Of a stretch of DNA of 44,293 bases, positions 27,969-36,297 are shown piece after piece (position 1 is the stretch's first letter; each line of letters begins with the position of its first letter). This DNA is from an uncultured Gammaproteobacteria bacterium (GTDB lineage Bacteria; Patescibacteriota; Microgenomatia; Woykebacterales; RBG-16-39-9b), in contig CAYIWY010000007.1 of NCBI GenBank assembly GCA_964367355.1, positions 37,961 through 82,253 on the forward strand, written 5' to 3'. The notes under the pieces are model-generated. The model searched no databases and was not told the origin of the DNA. It saw only the letters and a program-made list of their open reading frames with translations. The position numbers and the translations under genes are program-made.

Positions 27969-30900
27969 CTATTGTTGGTTGAGGACGAACCAAGTAAACT
28001 TGATCGCTTGCGCTGCCGACGCAGTCGCTTGGTCTGGTAGATCACCACTGTTGCGCTCCAGAGCCACTACAAAGCCTTCTCCGGTTTTTTTCTCTTTGAC
28101 GTAGAGCGACAGACCTCCAGTTTTGGTTGAGGCTGTTATGTTAACTAAAGATTCTTCAGTTATCTTGTCACTTTCGACGAATACCTCAGTTTCATTCTGT
28201 GCAAAACTCGCTTCACCAGCCGTCTTGGCCTCTTTCTTGACCACGGCTTCGCCAAAGACCAACTTTGTAAATTCTCCCAAAGCTGCGGTTACAGATTTAA
28301 AGAAAGCTTCGCCAGTGTCAGACACCCAGGCTACTACTTGACCGGCTGAATTTTCCCAGGCAAATTTCAGGCCAGCAGAGATAGTCGCCACCAAGTTATT
28401 GTCCGAATCTAGCGAAATCAAAGCAGATGAAGTTGCAGCGGTGGGACTTGCTGAGGCAATAGCAACGGAAGGATCAAGCTCAATTAGTTTTTGTGGGTCA
28501 GCGTAGTGAGTATTCACAAAGACCACAACCATTCCCTGACCAGCGCCATCAAAGGATGTCAACGCTCTACCCAGGACGTAGCCGGGTTTGCTCGCCTTCA
28601 TACCTACACCAGCAACAGAAGAACTGGTGATTAGATCCCCAGGCCTTATCGGACCGTTTTCCGTAGTTACTTTCACTGGTACCCTACCGACTAGGGCAAC
28701 CGGTATAGGTCGGCCGTAACCAGCGCCAAAACCATCATCCAAAATTTTCCCTGGTTTGGTAGATACAGCACCCAGTACTTGGTTGTCGTAAGGTCGTCCA
28801 CTCTTAGCTGTTCCAGAAGGAATGGCAGGGTCTATGCTGACTATATCACCGGCAACAATCGTACCATCTCTAGTGTAGTAATTCTCAGCTAGGTCAGCTC
28901 CTACTTGCAGGAGTGCAACGGTGATGGTACCAATGGTACCATCGTCAGAGCCGCTACCGGAAGTACAGATGGTGTAGTTGACCTGTGAGGTGGTCGAAGG
29001 GTAGTCAATAAAAGTGGCACTGGCTGCTGTTTGTTGCCCGCTTGTGGTTCTGAACGTTCCCCAGAAATCAGTGCCGACAATGGTACTGGTACAAGCAGCT
29101 GCTGAGCCAATGTTGCGGCGGACGTGAAATTCCGGTTCTTCATCGTTTGCTTCGTCAGAATTGAGCTGTATTGTGACTGCAATCAATACACCCTGACTAG
29201 TGGCAGTAGGGGTCATATTTGGTTGAGTACCATCCCAGACATCATTTGCCGAAGTGTAAGCCACAGTTTCACCGGTTGAGTCGGTAAAGAAAGCTGAGTC
29301 TGGTAAACCACTTCCACAACTAACTACCCCTGATCCATTTGTAGTTAAACTAGCGCAGCTGGTCAGCCCACCAAATGTAATAGTCCCGCCAGTGGAGTTG
29401 CCAATCGTAATAGTCTGGGCTCTTGCGGCTGTACCAATGAGAATTGAACCGTTACCAGAGGTCGAGGTACCGACGTCCAGCGAGATGTTGCCAGCCGTTC
29501 CCGCCGAAGCATTACCTGTTACCAAAGTAATTCCACCAGTCGCAGTGGTACCGGTCCCAGTATTTAGAGTCACCAAACCAGAGGCTCCAGCACCGTTGTT
29601 GGCCGAGCCGATGGTAGTCGCTGCTCTCGAAGTTAAGTTGGGACCAAAATCGAGCAGGGAAAAATTGTCTGCATCAATGTCACTTGTCCAAGGGGTTTGG
29701 GAGCCACCCCCACAAGCACCGTCAGTTAAGTTACAAAGAATTTTAGGTCCAGTAGCCTCATAAATTTTGAATTTGCTAGCATTTGTGTCGTACCAAATGT
29801 CGCCAGCTGCTGCTCCGGTCACACCGGCGACACTCGTTTTCAAGAAATCCCCAGTAGCAATTGCCACTCGACCATCGGCTGAGTCCAGAGTCAGCCCGGC
29901 TGCGCCGGAGGATATTGTCAAAGCACCACCGGCAGTCATTGTTGTCGTAGTTCCGAGGGAAAGGGTATTGTTGGCACTGCGGAAAAGTTGAACTGGGCTA
30001 GTTACCCCAAGTGATATACCCGATGTTGCTGTTCCGCCGTCATCCCAGGTTTGAATTCTTGATACGATTGTACCGCCAGCCGGATCCCCGACAAAGAACC
30101 TGCCGACTCCGGAGTCGCCGTCAATACCTAAAGCCGGCTGACCGTTGGCCACGAAACTCATCCGATTAGTAAGGCCGCCGACAGTAGCTCGGTAGAGTCC
30201 TAGGTTAGTTCGGTTAGTGAAACCAAATGCGGGCGAGTTAACAGCCCCGTCAGGAATAAATATTTGTCCTGTTGATATTAAATAAGGACCGGTATTAGCG
30301 ATACCGCGGTAAAGAGTAACCGCGTTGGCATCATTGCCCCATTGAATTCCGTTGGCCGGTTGGACGTTGTTGTAGGTGGCTCCATTACAGTCAAAACAAA
30401 TTCCGTAGTGGGTACCAGTAGCATTATATTGATCAGCGATGTTGATAACAACCGAAGTTTGGTCAGCGTCAGCAATTGCGTAAGAACCAATGTTAATAGC
30501 GTTGTTGCGGCAGGTCGCGGTTGCCGGGCAAGCCCCAGCAATCGTGGTTAAATCTAGTGAGTTGGTGGTGTAGGCATTAGCTGCGGCCGTTCCGGCAATT
30601 GTCGGCGAGATTTGTAAACCAGTGGTGGTTGTGCCGGTAGCCGTGAGTGCAGAGGTAAAACTAAGCGCAGCCAATTTTCCGGTGGTCAGGGCGGTGTCAC
30701 TTAGAGCAAAAGCGTTACCGGAAGCTGTAGCCGAGCTAGCAATAATTACCCCGGTAGTGTCTGGGGTTAAGGTAATATTACCGGCACTTCCAGTCCCAAT
30801 GGTTAAACCTGCGGCTGCAGTTAAGTTTGTTCCCAGACCAGTGATATTATTCGAATTGAACGCTAGTCCAGTTGAGGAGAAGTTGTATTCATCCGCTCCG

Positions 30901-32960
30901 GCAATCTGCAGGTTTATTGTTTTCCCACTCACAGCGTTGATATTTAAATCTCCGGTATTGTCTCGGAAGATTGAGTTCACTGTTCCAGCTGGTGGGCTGG
31001 CATCGTCGCTTGTAAAGGTCAGCGAACCATTGGTAGTGGTATCGACTTCTCCGGAAAAACTACCCCCCGGACAGGCTCCCCAGACAGGGATACCGCTAGC
31101 ACCTGCCCCAGAAAGAAGACACTGGCTGCCAGTCTCAGTCTCAACCACTCGGGTGACCACCCCACCAGTAGTAGTGTAAAGAACAGCATTCGCATCGGTA
31201 ATCATGGTGGAGAAAGTGATTGTGCCCGAAGAAGTTAGTCCAGTGGCGCCGGTGATTGCTCCAGCGCCGGTAATATCAATAGTTGGTGTGTTTAAGAAAT
31301 TGGTGTAACCGCCACCGCCACTATTCGAGAAATTGAGACCATCAGCGATTGCAACACTGTCATCGGCATTGTCAATGGCGATTCCCACGTCCAAACCATT
31401 GGTATTGGCACTGGCGGCTTGTTGGATAAACAGCCCTTGGGTTGTCCCGGCGGAGGCAGACGGTGTGCCAATGATTGAAATAACATCAACTGTTCCAGCC
31501 AGGTCTGAAGTCATAGCGACATTTTCTGTACCCAGTAAAGTAAAGTTTGTATCGGTTGTAAAAGTAGGTACGCCGTTAACAGTAATCGTATCCCCGGTAG
31601 TATTACCGATTGCAATTGTGCTGGAGTTTATATTTGTAGTTGAACCATCTGCGCCAGTTAATGTTGTCCCGGAGTCAAATGTCAGGGTTCCCGAGATAAA
31701 GTTGTCAGTCGTATCGCTTCTTAAGAAAGATAATGAGTCGATACCGTCCAAGGAGTCGGAGTTTAGGGCGTAACTAGATGAAGCAATTCTTTGACGTGGG
31801 GTGGCCTCAGCATCGGCACCAATCTTTACGCCTAGGTAGAGTGTGGAGTTGTCAGAGAAAAGACTTGCAGGGATAGCGGTATCGGCTTGTCCAGTGTCTC
31901 CAAGTTGAACTGAAAAGATCCCGTTTTGATCTGGTGTCACTGACCAAGTTTTGGATTCCCAAAGACAAGTGTTGGCACAAGGAGATCCCGTGTCCCCACT
32001 GGTTGAGGTGTAAATCCGATAGACTATGTTGGTTGCGGCAGTCACTGGGTTTCCCGAGGGATCGGTCAATCTTCCCTGGAAAGACAATATTCGAGGTGGA
32101 GTAGCTGCCAGAACAAAACCTTTCTGGATCTCAGTTTTTAGATTGGTAATATCAAGTGGTTTCGGTGCAAACAAGCCTTCCCAGACAAGCAGACCAACCA
32201 CCAAAACTGCTCCAGCACTAGCTGCCCAATTAACGTATTCGCTCATCGGGTGACCACGATAAGCATGCCACCAGCGTGGTTTTTTTACTTTAAACCGTTG
32301 CCAGAAACGCCCACCGTTGACAAGGCCCGGCCTTGTCAAGTTAACAGGATTTGTTTCGTAGACAATGTCTTCCTTATGGAAGTTGAAGAAGTCTTTTAAT
32401 GAGTAGAGGTAACGGTTAATCGATGCTGGTGAAACCTGTTTGGCTTTAAGAAAAGAAGTATATCGGTTTATATCAATCCGACTCACATGGTCAATAACTT
32501 TTTGGTTAATACCGCTGCCCGCAGGTTTTAGCCAGGCAAAAAAGGAGTTGAGATCAGAACGATATTGCTTGGTCGTACTTTCAGGTGCGCCCTGTTCCTG
32601 GATGTGTTCAACGTAGGTTTGAATTGGAGATACTTTGATTACTTCTGATACATTTACTGTGGTTATGGGTAAGACTTGCTCAACTTTATTTAAGTCGTAG
32701 CCTTTTAAAGCCAACCAGTTGGTAAAAGCCTTTAAACTGTAGCCAAAGCGACGAATCGTGCTTTCGGAAAAGTCGGCTTTTAAAATTGCGAGAGCAGCGC
32801 TAATGTGCGAATTATCAAGTTGCGTTTCCGCTGGGAGTTTTTCTAAAACACGGCGAAGATCGGAAACGTAGTTCTTTACTGTGGAACGAGAAGAGTTAGT
32901 TGAGATAAGGTGATTTATGAACTCCGGTAGGAGATTTTGTAGATTTTGAGCTGTTAACAT
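27969..32960 (-). CDS. Giant (1663 aa) membrane-anchored tail-fibre-like surface protein with two N-terminal integrase SAM-like (core-binding) domains and a C-terminal IMC/Peptidase_G2-like domain
   Basis: Complete ORF in the track. The N-terminal ~200 aa are two copies of the Phage_int_SAM pattern (..STVKNYVSDLRRVLEKL...TIRRFGYSLKAFTNWL and ..TTKQYRSDLNSFFAWL...SINRYLYSLKDFFNF), with no recombinase catalytic domain. TM helix VNWAASAGAVLVVGLLVWEGLF. Fibre motif DGIDSLSFLRSDTTDNFISGTLTF. C-terminal segment VALVGRVPVKVTTENGPIRPGDLITSSSVAGVGMKASKPGYVLGRAL. Confidence 0.85.
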   Translation of the reverse strand: MLTAQNLQNLLPEFINHLISTNSSRSTVKNYVSDLRRVLEKLPAETQLDNSHISAALAILKADFSESTIRRFGYSLKAFTNWLALKGYDLNKVEQVLPITTVNVSEVIKVSPIQTYVEHIQEQGAPESTTKQYRSDLNSFFAWLKPAGSGINQKVIDHVSRIDINRYTSFLKAKQVSPASINRYLYSLKDFFNFHKEDIVYETNPVNLTRPGLVNGGRFWQRFKVKKPRWWHAYRGHPMSEYVNWAASAGAVLVVGLLVWEGLFAPKPLDITNLKTEIQKGFVLAATPPRILSFQGRLTDPSGNPVTAATNIVYRIYTSTSGDTGSPCANTCLWESKTWSVTPDQNGIFSVQLGDTGQADTAIPASLFSDNSTLYLGVKIGADAEATPRQRIASSSYALNSDSLDGIDSLSFLRSDTTDNFISGTLTFDSGTTLTGADGSTTNINSSTIAIGNTTGDTITVNGVPTFTTDTNFTLLGTENVAMTSDLAGTVDVISIIGTPSASAGTTQGLFIQQAASANTNGLDVGIAIDNADDSVAIADGLNFSNSGGGGYTNFLNTPTIDITGAGAITGATGLTSSGTITFSTMITDANAVLYTTTGGVVTRVVETETGSQCLLSGAGASGIPVWGACPGGSFSGEVDTTTNGSLTFTSDDASPPAGTVNSIFRDNTGDLNINAVSGKTINLQIAGADEYNFSSTGLAFNSNNITGLGTNLTAAAGLTIGTGSAGNITLTPDTTGVIIASSATASGNAFALSDTALTTGKLAALSFTSALTATGTTTTGLQISPTIAGTAAANAYTTNSLDLTTIAGACPATATCRNNAINIGSYAIADADQTSVVINIADQYNATGTHYGICFDCNGATYNNVQPANGIQWGNDANAVTLYRGIANTGPYLISTGQIFIPDGAVNSPAFGFTNRTNLGLYRATVGGLTNRMSFVANGQPALGIDGDSGVGRFFVGDPAGGTIVSRIQTWDDGGTATSGISLGVTSPVQLFRSANNTLSLGTTTTMTAGGALTISSGAAGLTLDSADGRVAIATGDFLKTSVAGVTGAAAGDIWYDTNASKFKIYEATGPKILCNLTDGACGGGSQTPWTSDIDADNFSLLDFGPNLTSRAATTIGSANNGAGASGLVTLNTGTGTTATGGITLVTGNASAGTAGNISLDVGTSTSGNGSILIGTAARAQTITIGNSTGGTITFGGLTSCASLTTNGSGVVSCGSGLPDSAFFTDSTGETVAYTSANDVWDGTQPNMTPTATSQGVLIAVTIQLNSDEANDEEPEFHVRRNIGSAAACTSTIVGTDFWGTFRTTSGQQTAASATFIDYPSTTSQVNYTICTSGSGSDDGTIGTITVALLQVGADLAENYYTRDGTIVAGDIVSIDPAIPSGTAKSGRPYDNQVLGAVSTKPGKILDDGFGAGYGRPIPVALVGRVPVKVTTENGPIRPGDLITSSSVAGVGMKASKPGYVLGRALTSFDGAGQGMVVVFVNTHYADPQKLIELDPSVAIASASPTAATSSALISLDSDNNLVATISAGLKFAWENSAGQVVAWVSDTGEAFFKSVTAALGEFTKLVFGEAVVKKEAKTAGEASFAQNETEVFVESDKITEESLVNITASTKTGGLSLYVKEKKTGEGFVVALERNSGDLPDQATASAAQAIKFTWFVLNQQ
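32318..32339. repeat. Copy C of the palindrome family (tgacaaggcccggccttgtcaa) inside the coding sequence of 27969..32960
   Basis: Identical 22-mer to copy F. Translated on the minus strand as NLTRPGLVN. Confidence 0.7.
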
Positions 32961-32984
32961 TGGGCAGAATGTTGCTGATTTATT

Positions 32985-33016
32985 GTATAACTTCTTGATA
33001 AATCAATCAGTTATAC
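32985..33016. promoter_or_regulatory. 32-bp near-perfect palindrome, GTATAACT-tc-TTGAT-aa-ATCAA-tc-AGTTATAC, upstream of the 27969..32960 gene
   Basis: 13 of 15 arm positions pair. Lies 25-56 nt upstream of ATG 32960. AGTTATAC recurs at 33170-33177 and 33204-33211. Confidence 0.45.
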
Positions 33017-33221
33017 TTAAATTCTAGACTAAAAAGAGGTAGGTTGTCAAGTAAGATTGAGTAATAAAATTATCATGTGGAAACCTGAGCGGTTGGGGTT
33101 TGAAAAGTCTAGAAAAAGTTAATTGTGGAAAGAAAAAAGTACCAGCAAAAAAAGATTGATAACTCAAAGAGTTATACGATTCGAAGAAGACTATAATTCA
33201 GCCAGTTATACCAAGAGAATA

Positions 33222-33273
33222 ATATACACCTGAAATGTACACCCGGAAATGTACACCCGGCGGGTGTACATTT
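33222..33273. repeat. REP cluster upstream of RAYT: three direct half-sites plus an inverted copy
   Basis: atatacacc (33222-33230), aaatgtacaccc (33233-33244) and aaatgtacaccc (33247-33258), then gggtgtacattt (33262-33273). The last two form a 12-bp stem with a 3-nt loop. Confidence 0.8.
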
Positions 33274-33299
33274 ATTTGCACTTATTGTAGAGTGGAAGT

Positions 33300-33926
33300 A
33301 TGGCAACAAAGAAACGTTATTTTGTTAATGGAAATTATTATCACGTCTTTAATCGGGGAGTCGAGAAGAGAAAAGTATTTCTAAAGGATAACGATTATAA
33401 AAGATTTTCTGAAACGATGGAGCATTGTTTAAAAAATGCCGGTCAGATAACGCGAAAATCTTTAAGGAAAAACACTCAACTTGCACTAGCTCCCGTTGAT
33501 GTAGTCGCTTATTGCTTAATGTCGAACCATTTTCATCTTTTAGTCAAGCAGAACTCTGAGAATGGTATTTCAACCTTCTTCAGTCGTCTGTCTAATAGCT
33601 ATACTAAGTATTTCAATACGAAATACGATCGGGTCGGGCCGTTGTTTCAAGGACCATTCAAGACGGTAAATATTGAAACTGATAGCCAACTCTTGCATCT
33701 CTCACGTTACATTCACCTCAACCCGGTTGTTTCAGGTATTACAGACGATCCTAGGGCGTTCCAGTGGTCTTCGTACAAGGATTATATTAGCGACAATGAG
33801 ACTTTTATTAAGCCTGAGATTGTTCTTGGAAATTTTATCAGTCGAGAGGACTACCAGCAGTTTGTCTTAGATCAAATAGATTACGCTCGAACATTGGAGG
33901 AACTAAAACATCTCTCCCTTGACTAA
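33300..33926 (+). CDS. REP-associated tyrosine transposase (RAYT; IS200-like HUH/Y1 transposase)
   Basis: YYHVFNRG, HUH motif SNHFHLLV and catalytic-Tyr motif SRYIHLNPV, in the order expected for Y1_Tnp/RAYT proteins. 208 aa. Flanked on both sides by related hairpins. Confidence 0.85.
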   Translation: MATKKRYFVNGNYYHVFNRGVEKRKVFLKDNDYKRFSETMEHCLKNAGQITRKSLRKNTQLALAPVDVVAYCLMSNHFHLLVKQNSENGISTFFSRLSNSYTKYFNTKYDRVGPLFQGPFKTVNIETDSQLLHLSRYIHLNPVVSGITDDPRAFQWSSYKDYISDNETFIKPEIVLGNFISREDYQQFVLDQIDYARTLEELKHLSLD

Positions 33927-33930
33927 GAAA

Positions 33931-33953
33931 GTGTCCACCCTCCGGGTGGACAT
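33931..33953. repeat. REP hairpin downstream of RAYT (gtgtccaccc-tcc-gggtggacat)
   Basis: 9-bp perfect stem beginning 5 nt after the RAYT stop, followed by ttt. Confidence 0.75.
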
Positions 33954-34166
33954 TTTACGATTAATTCAGCACAAAAAGTTTAACTCTAGTTACACTTTAT
34001 TATTTATTCGGAAAGTTTGTTTGGGACAGAGAATTACTGCTTGTTTTGAGCTTTCTTGACGATCCAGGCGTTGTATACGAATTAATTCTTGGAAGATGCT
34101 TTGGATATTATCCAAGCATTGTATCGGAATCAACCACAAAATTTAGTTAAATAAATGAAGAAGATT

Positions 34167-35147
34167 TTATGCAACGGTTTTGTTGTTAGACTTAGAAATT
34201 ATCCAGTGGTTGTATCGCTTGATGGCGAAGTAGAGAGCCACAATGAGAAGTATCAGTAGGACAGCTAATACTAAGAGCGTCATCCAGGGGATAATCCAGA
34301 AAGAAGTTTGAGATGTTATTGTTTGTGCTGGACTACCATAATTTAATGTGATAGTGGCCGTGTAATAGCCAAGTTTAAAGCCTGGGTCTTTCCAAACAGT
34401 GTCAAAAATTCTATCAGAACCAGGTAATATGTTGGCAGAGAGTTGATTCACGTCAGCTGCAGCTACTTGTCCGCCAAATATATTCTTAATAGTAATAACA
34501 CCTTTTGGTTGAACGTGAACGTTGCCGTTGTTGGTTACAGTTGTACTGAACTTTACTGCAGAAGCATTGTCGTAACTTTGTTTGTCAGAAGTAAATGATT
34601 TTATGACTGCCGATTCTTTAGCCGTACCAGCAACTCTTACTAAAACTAGAGAACCAACTTTAGAAGCCAATCCAATCTGATTGGTACCAGTTGGGTCTGG
34701 AGGTTGAGTTGAGAAAAGTATTCCAGCATAGTGTCCACCAGGTTCGGCATCAGCGGGAACGGTGATGTTGAAGTTAAGTGCAGCTGATTCGTTTGGACTT
34801 AGGGTAATTCCCACACTGGAAACACTAACCCATTTGGCTAGGGAATAAGTTCCTGAATCTTCACCTTTGTTGAGGAAAATCGGAGTACCGGATTTGTTGT
34901 CAGATTTAAAATCAAGGACTTCTGGATAGTATGTTTGCTCTGAGCCACCAACATTTTTGATCTTGATAATATCTTGTTGGACTTTCCCTGCGGCAATTGT
35001 GTACTCGTAAAGCGGCGAGCTGACCTCAATACCAACACCGCTGTTTCCTGAGGATTGTTGTGCAAAAATTGCAGGAGCAAATAAGCTTGATGCAATTACC
35101 GCACCAGCGGTTATTTTAGCGATTTTGGACAGATTTTTCATTTTCAA
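34167..35147 (-). CDS. Cell-surface protein, DUF916/DUF3324 (CscA)-like, with signal peptide and C-terminal TM anchor
   Basis: Signal peptide ..SSLFAPAIFAQ. PGGHYAGILFS and VLPGS-type segments follow the pattern I recall for DUF916/DUF3324. C-terminal anchor WMTLLVLAVLLILLIVALYFAIKRY. The family call is from memory. Confidence 0.5.
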   Translation of the reverse strand: MKMKNLSKIAKITAGAVIASSLFAPAIFAQQSSGNSGVGIEVSSPLYEYTIAAGKVQQDIIKIKNVGGSEQTYYPEVLDFKSDNKSGTPIFLNKGEDSGTYSLAKWVSVSSVGITLSPNESAALNFNITVPADAEPGGHYAGILFSTQPPDPTGTNQIGLASKVGSLVLVRVAGTAKESAVIKSFTSDKQSYDNASAVKFSTTVTNNGNVHVQPKGVITIKNIFGGQVAAADVNQLSANILPGSDRIFDTVWKDPGFKLGYYTATITLNYGSPAQTITSQTSFWIIPWMTLLVLAVLLILLIVALYFAIKRYNHWIISKSNNKTVA

Positions 35148-35180
35148 AAATTATACACTAACCGTTTATTCTGTAAAGAC

Positions 35181-36290
35181 TTAAAAAGTACCAGTTGTAA
35201 TGTGAGTCACGATGTGACTGTAAGCACCAGCTGGTGTCGAACCAAGTATTGAGGCACTGTGACAAACAGCTGTAACTGCAGCAGAAACCGGACCAGTATC
35301 TCCATCACCACTGTCAGCATAAACCTTGGCTGTTCCAGTAATAGCAGTGGCGGCTTCTAATATGCCGCTGTCATCACAGCCAGTACTATCAACAATATCC
35401 TGGGTACCTATCGCATCGTTACTAGAAACGCCGTATTCCTCGGTGCCTTCGTCAACATCATTGTCACCGGTCTCATCGTCAATATTGTTGGTACAGACAG
35501 CAACTGAAGGTGAGCAGAGGTTCCCATTCTCTACAATAGTTGAAACATAGCCTGAAGAGGCATTGGTACTTACAGTATTATTATAAGTACAGAATCTTAT
35601 CGCGCCACTACTAAGAGAACCAGGGCCCAGTGCACAGGTGCTAGCGGATAAGAGTGAAGTAACGGAAGGATCCACTGTGGCACTAACAGTTACCTGATCT
35701 TCAGTCATAATCGCAACCGCAAGTGTTCCGGAGTCGGAGGCACCGGCAGTGATTGCTATTGATTTGCTTCCGTTAGAACCAGGGTTGCTGATTTGAGCAT
35801 TTCCACCAGCGGCGGCAAGGCCAATGGTGATAATCACTTTGTCACCAGCGGTAACAGTTCCTGTACAAGAAGTTATGGTCAATACATTTGTGGCAAAAGC
35901 AGCTCCCCAGGTTGTGCCCGTACAAGTAGCAGCTAAAACTTCGCTTGTTTCCAGACCGGTCGTTGCACCATGGGTAAAGTCAACATCACCAAATTCAGTA
36001 CTACCTGAGGAGAAACCACTGGTGTTAAAGTTAATCGTTATTGTTCCGGCGGCAGCGACTCCAGTCGGAGTAGTAAATTTGATAACATGGTCAGAAGCTT
36101 GGCTTAGTTTTAGCCTTGTCATTGTATCAGACATTGCGGTCAAACTAGCTGAGCTAACAATTGTTGAGAAAAGAGGATAAACTACCGTAACAATAAGAAG
36201 GGCAGTAAGTAAAATTCTGATAGCTTTATTTGATACAGCAGTGTTCATCTGAGTAAATAGATTATCCGTTAGGCTAGGCTTTACTGTCAA
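35181..36290 (-). CDS. Secreted T/S/G/A-rich surface (fibre or pilin-like) protein
   Basis: The likely real start is ATG at 36246 (MNTAVSNKAIRILLTALLIVTVVYPLF). Shares GTEEYGVSS and the C-terminal strand PAGAYSHIVTHITTGTF with the next gene. Confidence 0.5.
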   Translation of the reverse strand: MTVKPSLTDNLFTQMNTAVSNKAIRILLTALLIVTVVYPLFSTIVSSASLTAMSDTMTRLKLSQASDHVIKFTTPTGVAAAGTITINFNTSGFSSGSTEFGDVDFTHGATTGLETSEVLAATCTGTTWGAAFATNVLTITSCTGTVTAGDKVIITIGLAAAGGNAQISNPGSNGSKSIAITAGASDSGTLAVAIMTEDQVTVSATVDPSVTSLLSASTCALGPGSLSSGAIRFCTYNNTVSTNASSGYVSTIVENGNLCSPSVAVCTNNIDDETGDNDVDEGTEEYGVSSNDAIGTQDIVDSTGCDDSGILEAATAITGTAKVYADSGDGDTGPVSAAVTAVCHSASILGSTPAGAYSHIVTHITTGTF

Positions 36291-36297
36291 GTATTTC

